From NCBI RefSeq assembly GCF_963921235.1, contig NC_086106.1:22134001-22198000 (forward strand): a DNA stretch of 64,000 nucleotides, read 5' to 3'. The notes below the pieces were generated by a model. That model was not told where the DNA came from, searched no databases, and was given only the letters and a program-made list of their open reading frames with translations. Positions 13,022 to 25,410 of this stretch are shown here, one piece after another. Both the position numbers and the translations under genes were made by a program. Numbering within the stretch: position 1 is the first letter of the stretch; every line of letters starts with the position of its first letter. The stretch comes from Mobula hypostoma (taxonomy: Eukaryota).

Positions 13022-13060
13022 AGCTATTGTATGAGGATAAAATCTGTTCCTACCACTGTG
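13022..13060 (-). other. 23-bp-spacer recombination signal sequence (RSS) of V1
   Basis: CACAGTG-gtaggaacagattttatcctcat (23 nt)-ACAATAGCT: a perfect heptamer and a near-consensus nonamer. Confidence 0.9.
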
Positions 13061-15175
13061 AATTACTGCACGATGATACGTTGCCATCTCATGGTGCCGC
13101 GGGAATGATTAAACGGTACCCCATTTGTTCCTCTTGGACTATAGAACATAGAACATAGATTAGTACAGCACAGTACAGATCCTTCGGCCCACAATGTTTG
13201 CCGACCCTCAAACTCTGCCTCTCATATAAGCCCCCAACTTAAATTCCTCCATATACCTGTCAGGTAGTCTCTTAAACCTTACTAGTGTATCTGCCTCCAT
13301 CACTGACTCAGGCAGTGCATTCCATGCACCAACCACTCTCTGAGTAAAAAAACCTTCCTCTAATACATCCCTTGAATTACCCACCCCTTACCTTAAAGCC
13401 ATGTCCCCTTGTGTTGAGCAGTGGTGCCCTGGGGAAGAGGCGCTGGCTATCAACTCTATCTATTCATCTTATTATCTTGTGCACCTCTATCGTGTCTACT
13501 CTCATCCTCCTTCTCTCCAAAAAGTAAAGCCCTAGCAGCCTTAATCCCTGATCATAATGCATATACTCTAAACCAGCATTCTTGTAAATCTCATTTGTAC
13601 CCTTCCCAATGCTTCCACAGCCTTCCTATAGTGAGGCGACCAGAAATGGACACAGTACTCCAAGTGTGGCCTAACCAGAGTTTTATACAGCTGCATCATT
13701 ACATTGCGACTCTTAAACTCTATCCCTCGACTTATGAAAGCTAACACCCCATAAGCTATCTTAACTACCCTATCCACATGTGAGGCAACTTTAAGGGTTC
13801 TAGGGACATGTACACACAGATCCCTTTGCTCCTCCACACTGCGAATTATCCTGCCATTTACTTTGTACTCTGCCTTGGAGTTTGTCATTACAAAGTGTAT
13901 CACCTCACACTTCTCTGGGCTGATCCAGTTTATTGCCGATTACTAGATCTAGTATGGTTTTTTTTTTCCCTATTCGGCCTGTCCACATACTGTGACAGGA
14001 ATGCGTTCTGGACACCCTTAACACACTCTGGCCCATCTAAACCCTTGGAACTATTCAGGTGCCAATCAATATTAGGGAAGTTAAAGTCACCCATGATAAC
14101 CACCCTGTTATTTTTTGCAACTTTCTAAAATCTGCCTCTCAATCATCTCCTCTGTATCTCCATGCTGCTACCGGGGGGGGGGGGGTGGCTATAGAATACC
14201 CGCGATGGAGTAACTGCTCCCTTCCTGGTCCTGACTTCCACCCACACTCACTGAAAAGAGGATTCCGCTACATTACCCACCCTTTCTGTAGCTGTAATAG
14301 TATCCCTGACCAGTAATGCCACCCCTTCTCCCCTTTTTTCACCCTCTCTATCCCTTTTAAAGCACTGAAATCCAGGAATATTGAGAATCCATTCCTGCCC
14401 TGGTGCCAGCCAAGTCTCTGTAATGGCCACTTCATCATAATTTCATGTATGTCTCCTTGCTCTCAGTTCATCACCATTGTTCCTGATACTTCCTGCATTG
14501 AGGTACACACATTTCAGCCCATCCACCTTACTGTCTTTACACCGTTTATTCTGCTTCTCTTTCCTCAAAGCCTCTCTATGTTTTAGCTCTGACTTTACTC
14601 CATGCACTTCTTTCACTGCTCTAGCGCTCTGGGTCCCATCCTCCTTGCAAATTAGTTTAAACCCTCCCGAACCATGCCAGCGAAACTACCTGCAAAGGTA
14701 CTGCTCCCTCTCGAATTAAAGTGCAAACCATCCAATCTATACTTGTCCCACCTTCCCCAGAATAGATCCCAATGATCCAAATATCTGAAACCCAGCTCCC
14801 TGCACCAACTCCTCAGCCACGTATTCAAGTGCCATCTCCTCCAATTCTTATCATCAAGTCACTTAGCAGTGGCAAATGCTGAGAACGCCACCCTTGAGGT
14901 CCTGTTCTTCAGCCTTCTGCCTACTTCCCGAAACTCACACTTCAGGACCTCATCCCGCTATATCACCAAACCTACCTTCAGGAAAATCAGCCTGAATATC
15001 CTTGACACTTCGTGTGCTTCGCCAGGCCACGATCTCAACTCTTATACCGGAGTTTTGGCGAATCTAAGATAAGTAATAAGCATCACTATGTAGATGCATG
15101 TCAAGGTAATGCAGTCGCTCTCAAACCCTATGAGTACGGATTCCCGCTGAGCCACGGATTCAGTATTACCCGGAT
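13061..15175 (-). pseudogene. TCR alpha/delta-type V pseudogene (V1), split by a CR1 insertion
   Basis: 5' half (15175-14958): acceptor aaag|AT, then PGNTESVAQRESVLIGFESDCITLTCIY, a frameshift, SDAYYLS*IRQNSGIRVEIVAWRSTRSVKDIQADFPEGRFGDI. 3' half (13143-13061): VQEEQMGYRLIIPAA, a frameshift, MATYHRAVI. The conserved Trp is TAG (15066-15064) and the second Cys is CGT. Confidence 0.92.
13144..14957 (-). mobile_element. Internally deleted or composite CR1 inserted in V1 framework 3, flanked by CTATA direct repeats
   Basis: Tail (atagaac)n at 13141-13160, RT C-terminal ORF 13568..13903 and endonuclease remnant MAITETWL. CTATA occurs at 13139-13143 and 14958-14962; removing the insert restores GGT GAT ATA GTC CAA. 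Confidence 0.9.
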
Positions 15176-16258
15176 CTTTATTATCGAGAGAAATAAGATT
15201 CTTAACTTTAGTATTAAAAACTAATTGATTGCACCTCGCGTGGCTGTTTGCAGGATTTATTTTTTCAATGACTTGTCTAGTATCTCTCTGCCCATGCAAA
15301 ATTTCATAATGCGTCTATCCCTTAGGTACTTGTTTCCCGTTGAAACATTCATATCATAAATACATGATGAAATTTCTCATGATTTTAAAATCTAATCGAA
15401 GATGACCGTACATCTGATGCTCCTGCTCAGCTGAAGTCAACGATTCCGTTCTTTTCTAATGTAAAACGAGAATGACCTCTACCATCTACCCTCTTCTGTA
15501 GGAATATGCACCGTCTGCTGACGGCTCAAATCTCACGCATTTACTGATGAATGTTTTACCTAAATCTCAATTGTGACTCTGAAAGCGGGAATCTGGTCAC
15601 GTTGCTGTATCCCAATGCAGTAGTAGCCTTTAAAAACGGGCTGTCTTCTTATCAATAATCAATTCAAACCGCAGCGCAGCGCATGAATGATCTTATATTT
15701 TCTAATCCAAAGAGGCAGACTCTTCTGAGCTTCAGGTCCTGGTTTGGCGTTAATGAAATGAAAATAGAAGCGCCGAGTCGCTGCTCAAGTGTCATTTCCT
15801 GAAGAGGTGAGAGATGTCTTTGTTCTTCTGGATTTGGTTGGTCGGCTATGTTTGCCTATGCGACAGTGAAGCGTGTTATGCTGAATTAGTAGATTAAAGT
15901 GCAAAATCTGAAAAGGAAGCACCGAGTGCATGTCCCAGATATACGGGAATGCCAGAGAGCCCGAATTGATTTCGATTTTCATGGCTTTTTATCGACATTT
16001 CGATGTGTATTCTCTTATTTTAATCGAATATATCGTTCTTTAATAATCATAATAATAATAACAACAACACCAACAACAACAATAACAATTATGCCAAGGG
16101 AGTGAAGATACAACCCAGCTCTACCCATTACAGGATCCTCCAGCAATGTAACTTAATCTGACTATTTGCATCGTCGCAATGAAATGGCGAGCATCATTCA
16201 CCAAGATTTTGCTTTGAAGTAGAATCTCATAAAATAAACCATAACTTACAACACATGC

Positions 16259-16305
16259 AAGCCTGATTCAGTTTTAGAGTCCAAGCCTGATTCAGTTTTA
16301 GAGTC
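16259..16305. repeat. 24-bp tandem duplication
   Basis: aagcctgattcagttttagagtc occurs twice in tandem. Confidence 0.9.
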
Positions 16306-17190
16306 AGAATGCCACATATTATATTTCCATTGACCCGTTTTGTTGAATGGACTATTTAAGGTAGATTTCGAAAGGCTGCTTCAAGACGGAAATTGGAAAT
16401 GGAGCCCATGTCTTGCATTAGGGTTAGGGTTATGATCGGTTAATGAGTCGAACGCCCAAGTAATGTGTGCATATACCACATCCATCGCTCTGTATTTACT
16501 AACTTGTTTTCTCATCTCGTTGACAGGAAAAAAAAAAGGCTGATAAAACAGGCTCTTCTCCTCACGGTAAACACTGGTCTATAATTCATGTGATTTTACC
16601 TATAATCATTTTTGAACAATGAATCAACGTTAATATCATCGAAACGTCTGTTACAACTCGTGACCGGGGGTGGGAGGGGGGACGAACGTATGGATAAAAA
16701 CGTCCTGCCATAATTTTCCTTTCTCTATGGGCCCAAGCTGACCGGAATCATCTGAGTATGTCCGGACATACCCCCAGATATGTTCTGTGGATTTTACTTA
16801 TGGCGTCGTACCTATTTTTCTTTCGAAGTTCGTTTCGATTTTCATCTCAGTTCTCCTTTTTCCGGATTATGTACTTCCCGTCATCATCTGCAGTTTCGTT
16901 TTTCGATGTATATACTGCAGGTAAAGAGTTGGTAAATATTTTAAATGCTCTACCACGGGCTGTTCTGCCAGACAACCAGCTTCATTTCCAATAGTAGATC
17001 AGGTCGGGCTTCTCTGGTTGTCTGGTACACTCTCATGACATTGTGATTACTGACCCACACGATTTAAGCTCCAATGAATGCGGTTTCCTTGTTGGATACA
17101 AACAGCCACTAGTAAGCTCATTGAAAGGATATCATACTGTAACTCCCCAATCTGCAAATGATGTTTTTTTTATTCTGAACTATTCCAACG

Positions 17191-17270
17191 ACGGGTTCCC
17201 TGCCCTAAGTTAGTTTGAAGCAAGGTTCATGTATTTTCAGGGAAACACTCTCAAGTGTAAAACAAAAATC
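17191..17270 (-). pseudogene. Possible decayed J segment with a remnant RSS
   Basis: AAA CTA ACT TA- GGG CAG GGA ACC CGT = KLT(F)GQGTR with one base missing. Upstream lie a nonamer GATTTTTGT (17270-17262) and GAGAGTG, but the spacer is only 9 nt and there is no clear splice donor. Confidence 0.35.
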
Positions 17271-18374
17271 ATAAAACAAATCTTAAACCCAGCTGGGTTC
17301 AATATCCAATATGGAACTACTGAGTCATTATCTTGAATTTTGTAACATTTAGAAATATTTCAGAGAAGACAAACTATTTTCTGAACCTGAACATTCAGCA
17401 TTTCTTAAAGCTATTTCCAGTGAACTGCAAAGTCATCTCAAATATACAGAAAAAAAAACATGTTTTTAGAGTAGAAACGAAAGCTGGAAGGATAGATTCT
17501 AATTCTTTCTTGCCTGCTTCTGTTGGCTACCCGATTACTAAGAAGCGTGAAACTTTCCCTATGCTTATACCCTATTAATACCTCAGGGAGTTTGTATGAG
17601 ATTTCTTTGTCTCAGATATTATTTACACAAAACGATTTAAAAACATATTTTGGAGACTTTGATCTTCGCTGGCTGCTATGGATGTTGTACGCGATAGACA
17701 CTTCCAAACCCCATGAATATAAATCGAGAAAAAGTGAAAATAAGCATGAAACATTGATAAGAGCATCGGAAATGGAATCGGAAGTTTGGCATTTGGCCCA
17801 TCGAGTATGTCCCGGCATTAAATAGTTTCTGATCCTCACACACACTTCTCGCAGCCTCACACCTCGGCGTTCACCCCGTAAGATTTTACGCAGTGGCTAA
17901 TCAATGAACTGTCAATATCCTCTTCCGATATACAAAACGACCTGGCCTCTACAGTTGGATGTGATAATATCATCATGCTATGGCTAAACACATTGCTCCC
18001 CGCATCTCTGTTTTAAATAGACGCCTTTCTATCCTGAATATGGCCCACTTGTCCTAGAATCCGCCACCCGCTCCCCCCTCCGCCAAATGGAAATTATTTT
18101 CCATATCTATTTTGCCAGTCTTTCAGCACACGAATCTTTTCAGTGAAATTCCTTGTCCTCTTCCGTTTCACTTCGAACTAGTACAGGCCCAGGTCAGCAA
18201 TTCTTCCGCATGATATATTTTTCTATTCCTGGAATCATCACAGTGAACTTCCTCTGAAAGCTCAGAAATGACAATACATCGTTTGCTAGAAAATTAGGAC
18301 AAAACTGTTCAGAACACTCAAAGTCGGTCCTCACATTTGTCATACCAAGAAACATAACATTTTGCTCTTATATT

Positions 18375-20700
18375 CTTGCTGTCGTCTTTTCTTTGTTTGT
18401 CAATATTTTTATTGATTTCTATAGGGAATACAGAGTCCTATCGAATACATATTAGAAAACAAAAAACAATCTATAATAGTAGTAGATACAGTATATTGAA
18501 TCATATTAACAAACTCCTTACTTTATATTCATTTAGATTAGATTAATTCGTATATTAGAATCTAAATAATTATATATATTTATAATATAATAATTATATA
18601 TATTATTTAACATAATTTAAAAACGGCCCCCACAAATTTAGAACATCTTGGTTAGATTCAGAAATAGAGTAAAACTTCCAACAATAGCAAATAGGGCAGT
18701 CAAATGATTAGGCTTAATTTTTTTCTGTAAAGAGTACAGAAAATGTTTCGAGTACCTTCCAATATATTCCAAGACGTGGGCATGTCCAAAACATCTGAAT
18801 AAGCGAAGCTTCCCCATTGTTACACCTATCACAGTAGGGAGATATATTCATATAAATATAGATAACTTATCCTTGGTCATATAAGCCCTACGAACCACTT
18901 AAAATTGTAGCAGGGAATAACGAGCACATGTAGATGAAGTATTAACCAATTAAAAAAAAACATTCGAAATTTCTTCAGAAATTGAAGTCTGTAAATCTTG
19001 TTCCCAAAGATTTTAGATTATGTCTAAAGAGTCATTTCTCATTTCCAACAACATATCATAAATATTGGATATCGAACCATTATAAAATGATTTCAAATTG
19101 AGAATTTCATGTAATACGGTCTTCTCAGGACTATTAGGAAATATATACAATTGAGATCGCAAACATTCTCTAATTTATCAATACCGAGAAAAAAAATATA
19201 TATATTTCGTTGACAATCGTTCGACTAAGAGAGACTTCCTTCACTCGCAGATCCTGGAAACATATAATGCCCAATCCTTCCATTGTTTTAAAACTACAGA
19301 AGTCACAGAAGGGCTAAAAAATATAATTTTTAAAAATATAGGACTAGAAAGGGAGAATCTCAATAAACCAAAGTGTTTTCTAAATTGCATCCAAATTCTC
19401 AAAGTATGTCTTACTTAAGGATAAAAGAAGTGAAGATCTCAAAAGAGAGATAATGGAAAATTTCATAACCGAGTTAGCTTCTAATGGAACTCACCCGGCA
19501 CAGTCCTCGTGATTAATATAGTGTAACCAAAACGTGATATTCCGTATATTAGCTGCCCAGTAATAAAACCTAAAATATGTTAAAGCTGAACCTCCATTCT
19601 TTTTTTTTAACTTTTAGGAGATGGACTTTATTCAGTCGATGACGTTTATTTTATTTTTTTTCCCAAATATAGGACGATAAAATAGAGTCCAGAGAGTCAA
19701 ACAATGATTTCGCAATAAAAACTGGTAAAGCCTGAAAGAGCAGTGTAAATTTAGGTAAAACATTCATTTTAATAGAATTAATTCGACCGATCAATGATAA
19801 CGAACGGGACGACCAAATTGATTTCTTAAAAAATCTAATTTAATAAAGTAAGACTATTTTCTATAAATAGGTATTTATAATTCTTAGTAAATTTTACACC
19901 GAAATAAGTAATTGGTTTCTTTCTTTTTAGAAGGAAGGTTAATATCACTGGATACCAAACCATTCAAAGGAATTAAAGTTCACTCTTGTGTAGGTTCAGT
20001 TTATATCGAGAAAAATGACGAAAACAAGAGAGTAAAGTAAGCAGAGAAGTTAACGAAGTTTCGACATTCCAAATGTTAAGCAATAAATCATTCGCATTAA
20101 TTTAAACTTTGTGGATAGTACCCTTCTGTAAAATACCAGTGATATCATTAGATTCTGCCAGGTCAAAGAGCAAAGGACTGAAAAGGAAATCTTGTCTGGT
20201 TCCATTTTTGCAGTTTAAATGGTTTCGATTTCTGAGAATTAGTAAGAACCCGAGCAAAAGGATACAAGTGCAGTAATTTAATCCATTGGATCCACAATTA
20301 TATGTTTTTTCTAGATTAAATTAATAATGCCATTCAACGCGATCAAAATCCTTCTCAGCTTCTAAGGATATCACACAGTTCGAAGTCGTCTTACAGGGAG
20401 AACAGATAACATTTGAAAACCGACGAATATTAAAATGAAAATATCGATTTTTAATAAAACCAGTCTGATCGTCAGAAATGATAGAGAGAAAGATATTTTC
20501 CCTCTTACGGTCCAGAACTTTAGATAGGATTTTAGCATCAACATAAAGTAGGGAAATTGGTCTATACAAAGAGCATACAGTTGGCTTATTTTTTTTTACA
20601 GATAAGTGAAACGTGGTGTCTAAAAATGGATGCTCACATTGCATGTGCCTTGCTCACCAGGAAAATTAATCTTTAGGAGGTTCTGCACAATGACTCGCAG
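18375..20700 (-). mobile_element. L1/Tx1-clade LINE 3' portion, degenerate
   Basis: ORF 20321..20644 reads YRPISLLYVDAKILSKVL..IISDDQTGFIKNR..VISLEAEKDFDRVEWHY; T-rich 3' end near 18390. Confidence 0.85.
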
Positions 20701-20724
20701 ATCAGTTTGCAACTCATTACTTTA

Positions 20725-23409
20725 TTGTATTAATGCAATAGAAAGGAAGGACATAAGCCGGGAAGATGTGGAATCGATAAGGGTAGAGCTGCGTAACACT
20801 AAGGGAAAGAAGACGCTGGTGGGAGTTGTGTACAGGCCACCTAACAGTAGTAGTGAGGTCGGAGATGGTATTAAACAGGAAATTAGAAATGTGTGCAATA
20901 AAGGAACAGCAGTTATAATGGGTGACTTCAATCTACATGTAGACTGGGTGAACCAAATTGGTAAACGTGCTGAGGAAGAGGATTTCTTGGAATGTATGCG
21001 GGATGGTTTTTTGAACCAACATGTCGAGGAACCAAGTAGAGAGCAGGCTATTCTGGACTGGGTTTTGAGCAATGAGGAAGGGTTAATTAGCGATCTTGTC
21101 GTGAGAGGCCCCTTGGGTAAGAGTGACCATAATATGGTGGAATTCTTCATTAGGATGGAGAGTGACATAGTTAATTCAGAAACAAAGGTTCTGAACTTAA
21201 AGAGGGGTAACTTTGAAGGAACGAGACGTGGATTAGCTAAGATAGACTGGTAAATGACACTTAAAGGATTGACGGTGGATATGTAATGTCAAGCATTTAA
21301 AGGTTGCATGGATGAACTACAGCAATTGTTCATCCCAGTTTGGCAAACGAATAAATCAAGGAAGGTAGTGCACCCGTGGCTGACAAGAGAAATTAGGGAT
21401 AGTATCAATTCCAAAGAAGAACCATACAAATTAGCCAGAGAAAGTGGCTCACCTGAGGACTGGGAGAAATTCAGAGTTCAGCAGAGGAGGACAAAGGGCT
21501 TAATTAGGAAGGGGAAAAAAGATTAGGAGAGAACACTGGCAGGGAACATAAAAACGGACTGTAAAAGCTTTTATAGATAGGTAAAAAGGATAGACTGGTA
21601 AAGGCAAATGTAGGTCCCCTGTAGACAGAAACAGGTGAATTCATTATGGGGAGCAAGGACATGGCAGACCAATTGAATAATTACTTTGGTTCTGTGTTCA
21701 CTAAGGAGGACATAAATAATCTTCCAGAAATAGTAAGGGACAGAGGGTCCAGTGAGATGGAGGAACTGAGCGAAATACATGTTAGTAGGGAAGTGGTGTT
21801 AGGTAAATTGAAGGGATTGAAGGCAGTCAAATCCCCAGGGCCAGATGGTCTGCATCCCAGAGTGCTTAAGGAAGTAGCCCAAGAAATAGTGGATGCATTA
21901 GTGATAATTTTTCAAAACTCGTTAGATTCTGGACTAGTTCCCGAGGATTGGAGGGTGGCTAATGTAACCCCACTTTTTAAAAAAGGAGGGAGAGAGAAAC
22001 CGGGGAATTATAGACCGGTCAGCCTAACGTCGGTGGTGGGGAAACTGCTGGAGTCAGTTATCAAGGATGTGATAACAGCACATTTGGAAAGCGGTGAAAT
22101 GATCGGACAAAGTCAGCATGGATTTGTGAAAGCAAAATCATGTCTGACGAATCTCATAGAATTTTTTGAGGATGTAACTAGTAGAGTGGATAGGGGAGAA
22201 CCAGTGGATGTGGTATATTTGGATTTTCAAAAGGCTTTTGACAATGTCCCACACAAGAGATTAGTGTGCAAACTTAAAGCACACGGTATTGGGGGTAAGG
22301 TATTGGTGTGGGTGGAGAATTGGTTAGCAGACAGGAAGCAAAGAGTGGGAATAAACGTGACCTTTTCAGAATGGCAGGCGGTGACTAATGGGGTACCACA
22401 AGTCTCAGTGCTGGGACTCCAGTTGTTTACAATATGTATTAATGACTTGGATAAGGGAATTAAATGCAGCATCTCCAAGTTTGCGGATGACACGAAGCTG
22501 GGTGGCAGTGTTAGCAGTGAGGAGGATGCTAAGAGGATGCAGGGTGACTTGGATAGGTTGGGTGAGTGGGCAAATTCATGGCGGATGCAATTTAATGTGG
22601 ATAAATGTGAAGTTATCCATTTGGTGGCAAAAATAGGAAAACAGATTATTATCTGAATGTTGGCCGATTAGGAAAAGGGGAGCTGCAACGAGACCTGGGT
22701 GTCATTATACACCAGTCATTGAAAGTGGGCATGCAGGTACAGCAGGTGATGAAAAAGGCGAATGGTATGCTGGCATTTATAGCGAAAGGATTCGAGTACA
22801 GGAGCAGGGAAGTACTACTGCAGTTGTACAAGGCCTTGGTGAGACCACACCTGGAGTATTGTGTGCAGTTTTGGTCCCCTAATCTGAGGAAAGACATTCT
22901 TCCCATAGAGGGAGTACAAAGAAGGTTCACCAGATTGATTCCTGGGATGGCAGGACTTTCATATGAAGAAAGTCTGGATGAACTGGGCTTGTACTCGTTG
23001 GAATTTAGAAGATTGAGGGGGGATCTGATTGAAACGTATAAGATCCTAAAGAGATTGGACAGGCTGGATGCAGGAAGATTGTTCCCGATGCTGGGGAAGT
23101 GCAGAACGAGGGGCCACCGTTTGAGGATAGAGGTAGCCTTTTAGGACCGATAGTAGGAAAAACTTCTTCACACAGAGAGTGGTGAATCTGTGGAATTCTC
23201 TGCCGCAGGAAACTGTTGAGGCCCGTTCATTGGTTATATTTTAGAGGGAGTTAGATATGGGTGGCTACGGGGGTCAGGGGGTATGGAGGGAAGGCTGGGG
23301 CGGGGTTCTGAGTTGGATGATCAGCCATGATAATAATAAATGGCGGTGAAGGCTCGAAGGGCCGAATGGCCTACTCCTGCACCTATTTTCTATGTTTCTA
23401 TGTTTCTAT
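20725..23409 (+). mobile_element. Relatively young 5'-truncated CR1 LINE (endonuclease + RT, a few stops)
   Basis: Long ORFs 20630..21253 (VGVVYRPP, VIMGDFN, GKSDHNMV), 21646..22656 (NYRPVSLTS, YLDFQKAFD, FADDTKL) and 22719..23144; tail (tttctatg)n. Confidence 0.97.
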
Positions 23410-24479
23410 CTCCCCTTTTCTGAGGATTTTCTCATTGTTTCTGCCTCGTTGACACTTCCAGGAAAGTGCATGCCACTCATATTCCAACGACATATTTCTT
23501 CTCACTTTCTTGCTCATTTTCCTAATCTCTACGTACTTCTGCATTCTTCCTGTTTCCTCAACGCTATCTGCCCCTCCAGTAATTTTGGTATCGCCTGCAA
23601 ACCTGGCAACATAGCCATCTATTCCATCCTCAAAATGATTGCTATACAACATTAAAAGCAGGGCACCAGCACCAACCGCTGTGTAACATTTCTCGCCATA
23701 GGCATTCAAAACAGAACCTGATCTTTTTATTCCCACTTGCTGCCTTCTACAATTCAGCCAGTGCTCGAACTATGTTGGTAACTTCTGTAATAACATGGGT
23801 TGTCAATTTTTCGAAACAGCTTCCTTTACGGTACCTTACCATCCCCTTTATCCAACGTACTGTTAAACTCCTCCAAAAAGGAAATCATGTCGACTTTGTC
23901 TTGTTCTGGGTTAACAAGTCCTCCAGAGGCTCATCTTTTACAATTGATTACAACATATTCCCAACCAGTATGGTTAGGCCAGCTTGAATGTTGCCTCTCT
24001 ACTTCCTAAACAATAGAGAGACATATGAATGTTCTGAGTCCACTGGAACAATTCCACAGTCAAACGATTCTAGAAAGATCATTACTAATGCCTCCATGCT
24101 CTCAACGCTAGCTCTTTCGGAACTCTGGGGTCCATTTCATCTGGTCCATTTGAGTAATGCACGTTAAGGTCTTTCAGCTGTTTGAGCACATTCTCCCTTG
24201 TCACAGTATCTGTTCTTAAAGCTCTTTCCTCACACCCTTCAAATACTACGCCTAGCTAGCTTCTTTTACAGTCAGGACTGGTGCATACAAACTTATTTAA
24301 TTCACAGTGCATTGAAATGTACCGTTATTTATTATCTGGTCAGTATCCAAGCTGCGCTAGATCCACTGTCATTTCTCTTTCATATTTCAGACTTGAAGAA
24401 GCTTTTTCTGTAACCTTGTTATTGTTTGATAGCTTCCTTTCATATTTCATCTTTTTTCCTCCTAATGATACTTACAGTT

Positions 24480-25235
24480 GTTCCCCTCTCTTTTCTCAGG
24501 GTTCTACCGAACACGACGACCTGAAGATACAGGCTGACTTCGGTTCTTTGCGGAAATTGGAACTGTTATCAGGTTCTCACAACAGGCCGCTTTTCGATAT
24601 ACAATGGACGCGGCCTGGAAGGCTAGAGCGCCTTTAGGATGCCGATATTTCGTAGTTATAGAGGCGGGTAGATTGAAGTCCGGTGACGCCGACTGATGTG
24701 TCTGGAAGTCCATGGAAGATCGAAAGCAGCGAACTAGTTGCGAGCTGTGTGGCCAAACACCCGAGTTCTTTGGGCACAGAGCTTGGAAAACAAAAACAAA
24801 ACTAAACAATGCAATATATTTTTAAGCCATAAATCAGGGAGATTTATTTTTTAAAGTCTCTTCTCTCGCTGTAAACAGAGACAACTGTTTTTCCCTTGTT
24901 ATTGAGAAACAGGGCATGTGGTATGTTGATTTACAGGGTGAATGCGTAGTCTCTGGGATATGCAGGTCTGTGTCTTTATAACGCTTTGCTACAAGCTTTA
25001 GTGTTGGTGAAGGGTGTAGATACTTCTGAGCTCGTGGGGGACGTGTAGGGTCGTTGCGCCCGTTTACTGCTGCTTATGCGTGGCAGGGGGCAGCGGGGGT
25101 GGTTGGGTTACTAGCATGTAAATGTCAATCATTCTTTGGTACACTGATCTGTTTTGGTGGATGTTCTGCTGAAAATAAAGGATTTCAGGGTGTATATTGT
25201 GTACGTTAATCGGGCATTAAACGTACCTTGTGAAA
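24480..25235 (+). repeat. Interspersed repeat (probable LINE 3' UTR); a related copy lies inverted at about 46690-47010
   Basis: ctgacttcggttctttgcggaa..gggttct matches the reverse complement of the sequence at 46800-46880; ends ..cattaaacgtaccttgtgaa. Confidence 0.5.
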
Positions 25236-25244
25236 CCTGTTGAA

Positions 25245-25410
25245 ATGTTTCCACATCCAGCACATATCAAAGTTGCTGGTGAACGCAGCAGGTCAGGTCA
25301 GGCAGCATCTCTAGGAAGCGGTACAGGCGAAGTTTCGGGCCGAGGCACTTCATCAGGTCTAATTGAAGGAAGAGCTAGTAAGGGATTTGAAAATGGGAGT
25401 GGGAGGGGGT
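25245..25410 (-). mobile_element. Penelope-type terminal repeat / SINE-like copy
   Basis: aaagttgctggtgaacgcagcagg..gcagcatctctaggaag, also present at 41765, 53696, 55713 and 60470. The hammerhead core in this copy is degenerate. Confidence 0.75.

Noticed and set aside
16418-16430. TTAGGG x2
   Set aside because: Only two units; expected by chance and not an interstitial telomere.
17480-17860. Minus-strand ORF with VSC..YNIH..KSPKYVF..ESFTL as a NAR-type or other V upstream of the J-like motif
   Set aside because: No conserved Trp, YYC or RSS, and the spacing is inconsistent. A 46-nt MLIFTFSRFIFMGFG frame there has a poor donor and no promoter motif.
21646-22656. 336-aa ORF as a host gene
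   Set aside because: It is CR1 ORF2 reverse transcriptase, and the flanking parts of the same frame contain stops.
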